Below, piece after piece: positions 63,500-64,000 of a stretch of 64,000 nucleotides of DNA. The translations under genes and the position numbers were made by a program. How positions within the stretch are numbered: position 1 is the first letter of the stretch; each line of letters opens with the position of its first letter. The notes under the pieces are model-generated. The model did no database searches and had not been told where the DNA came from. It worked only from the letters and a program-made list of their open reading frames with translations. The DNA comes from Octopus bimaculoides (lineage: Eukaryota), in assembly GCF_001194135.2 (NCBI RefSeq), contig NC_068990.1, positions 69,302,548 to 69,366,547 of the forward strand. Reading direction: 5' to 3'.

Positions 63500-63915
63500 C
63501 AGGGCATAGCTGCATGGTTAAGATGTTTACTTTAGAGCCATGTGGTTAGGGGTTCAATCCCACTGCCTGAATTACAAGTCAGTTGCCTATTGTTCTCTAC
63601 TATAGTTGCAGGGCGACCAACACATTATAAGTGAAATTTGGGAGACAGAAACTGAAAGCAGCCTTTCATACACACACACACACACACACACACACAAATT
63701 AGTTTCAAATTTTCATAGAAGGCCAGCAATTTCAAGGGAGTAGGTATGTCAATTACGTTGACCCCAGTGCTCAACTGATATTTATTTTATTGATCCTGAG
63801 AGGATATAAAAGGCAAAATGAACCTCAATGGCATTTGAACTCAGAACATGAAGATGAATGAAATGCTGCTAAGCATTTTGACATGCTAACAAGTCTGCCA
63901 CCTTGCCACCTTATC
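63500..63915. mobile_element. Family B SINE 5' half (+) followed by a family A SINE (-)
   Basis: GCATAGCTGCATGGTTAAG...GGGTTCAATCCC head, then a reverse GAACTCAGAAC...GCTAAGCATTTT unit. Confidence 0.65.
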
Positions 63916-64000
63916 TATTTCTATTATTAGCATTCCAAAATGAAGCCAATAATATGGCAGAGTCTATTAAAGCATCAGACAAAATGCATTGCAATTTTTG

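Noticed and set aside
1-64000. CRISPR array, operons or prokaryotic defence systems
   Set aside because: No regularly spaced repeat-spacer structure and no dense coding. The sequence is eukaryotic repeat-rich DNA.

Overview
Repeat-dense eukaryotic DNA, AT-rich, with many microsatellites and 17 N-gaps (roughly 7.5 kb). It is most likely from a coleoid cephalopod (Octopus), judged from the tRNA-derived SINE families I recognise; that assignment is inference, not a database hit. I found no supportable host protein-coding exon, rRNA, true tRNA gene or CRISPR array, so the window looks intronic or intergenic. All recognisable coding sequence is decayed transposon protein: HERO, R4/Dong and CRE restriction-like-endonuclease (RLE) LINEs, an RTE LINE, an L1/Tx1 LINE, a Tc1-like transposase with DD35E spacing, a maT-like (DD37D-type) transposase and a pogo N-terminus. 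There are also many non-autonomous elements (Merlin-like, piggyBac, hAT, Tc1/mariner, Helitron/Helentron-like). The most unusual structures are: (1) a 233-bp element with 54-bp terminal inverted repeats carrying a minimal type I hammerhead ribozyme (26141-26373); (2) a ~490-bp near-perfect palindrome whose centre is (CCCTAA)n-(TTAGGG)n, the reverse of a telomere fusion (55471-55962); (3) a CRE-clade fragment bracketed by inverted A-rich repeats; (4) several fold-back or templated junctions. Boundaries of degenerate SINE/LINE copies are approximate.
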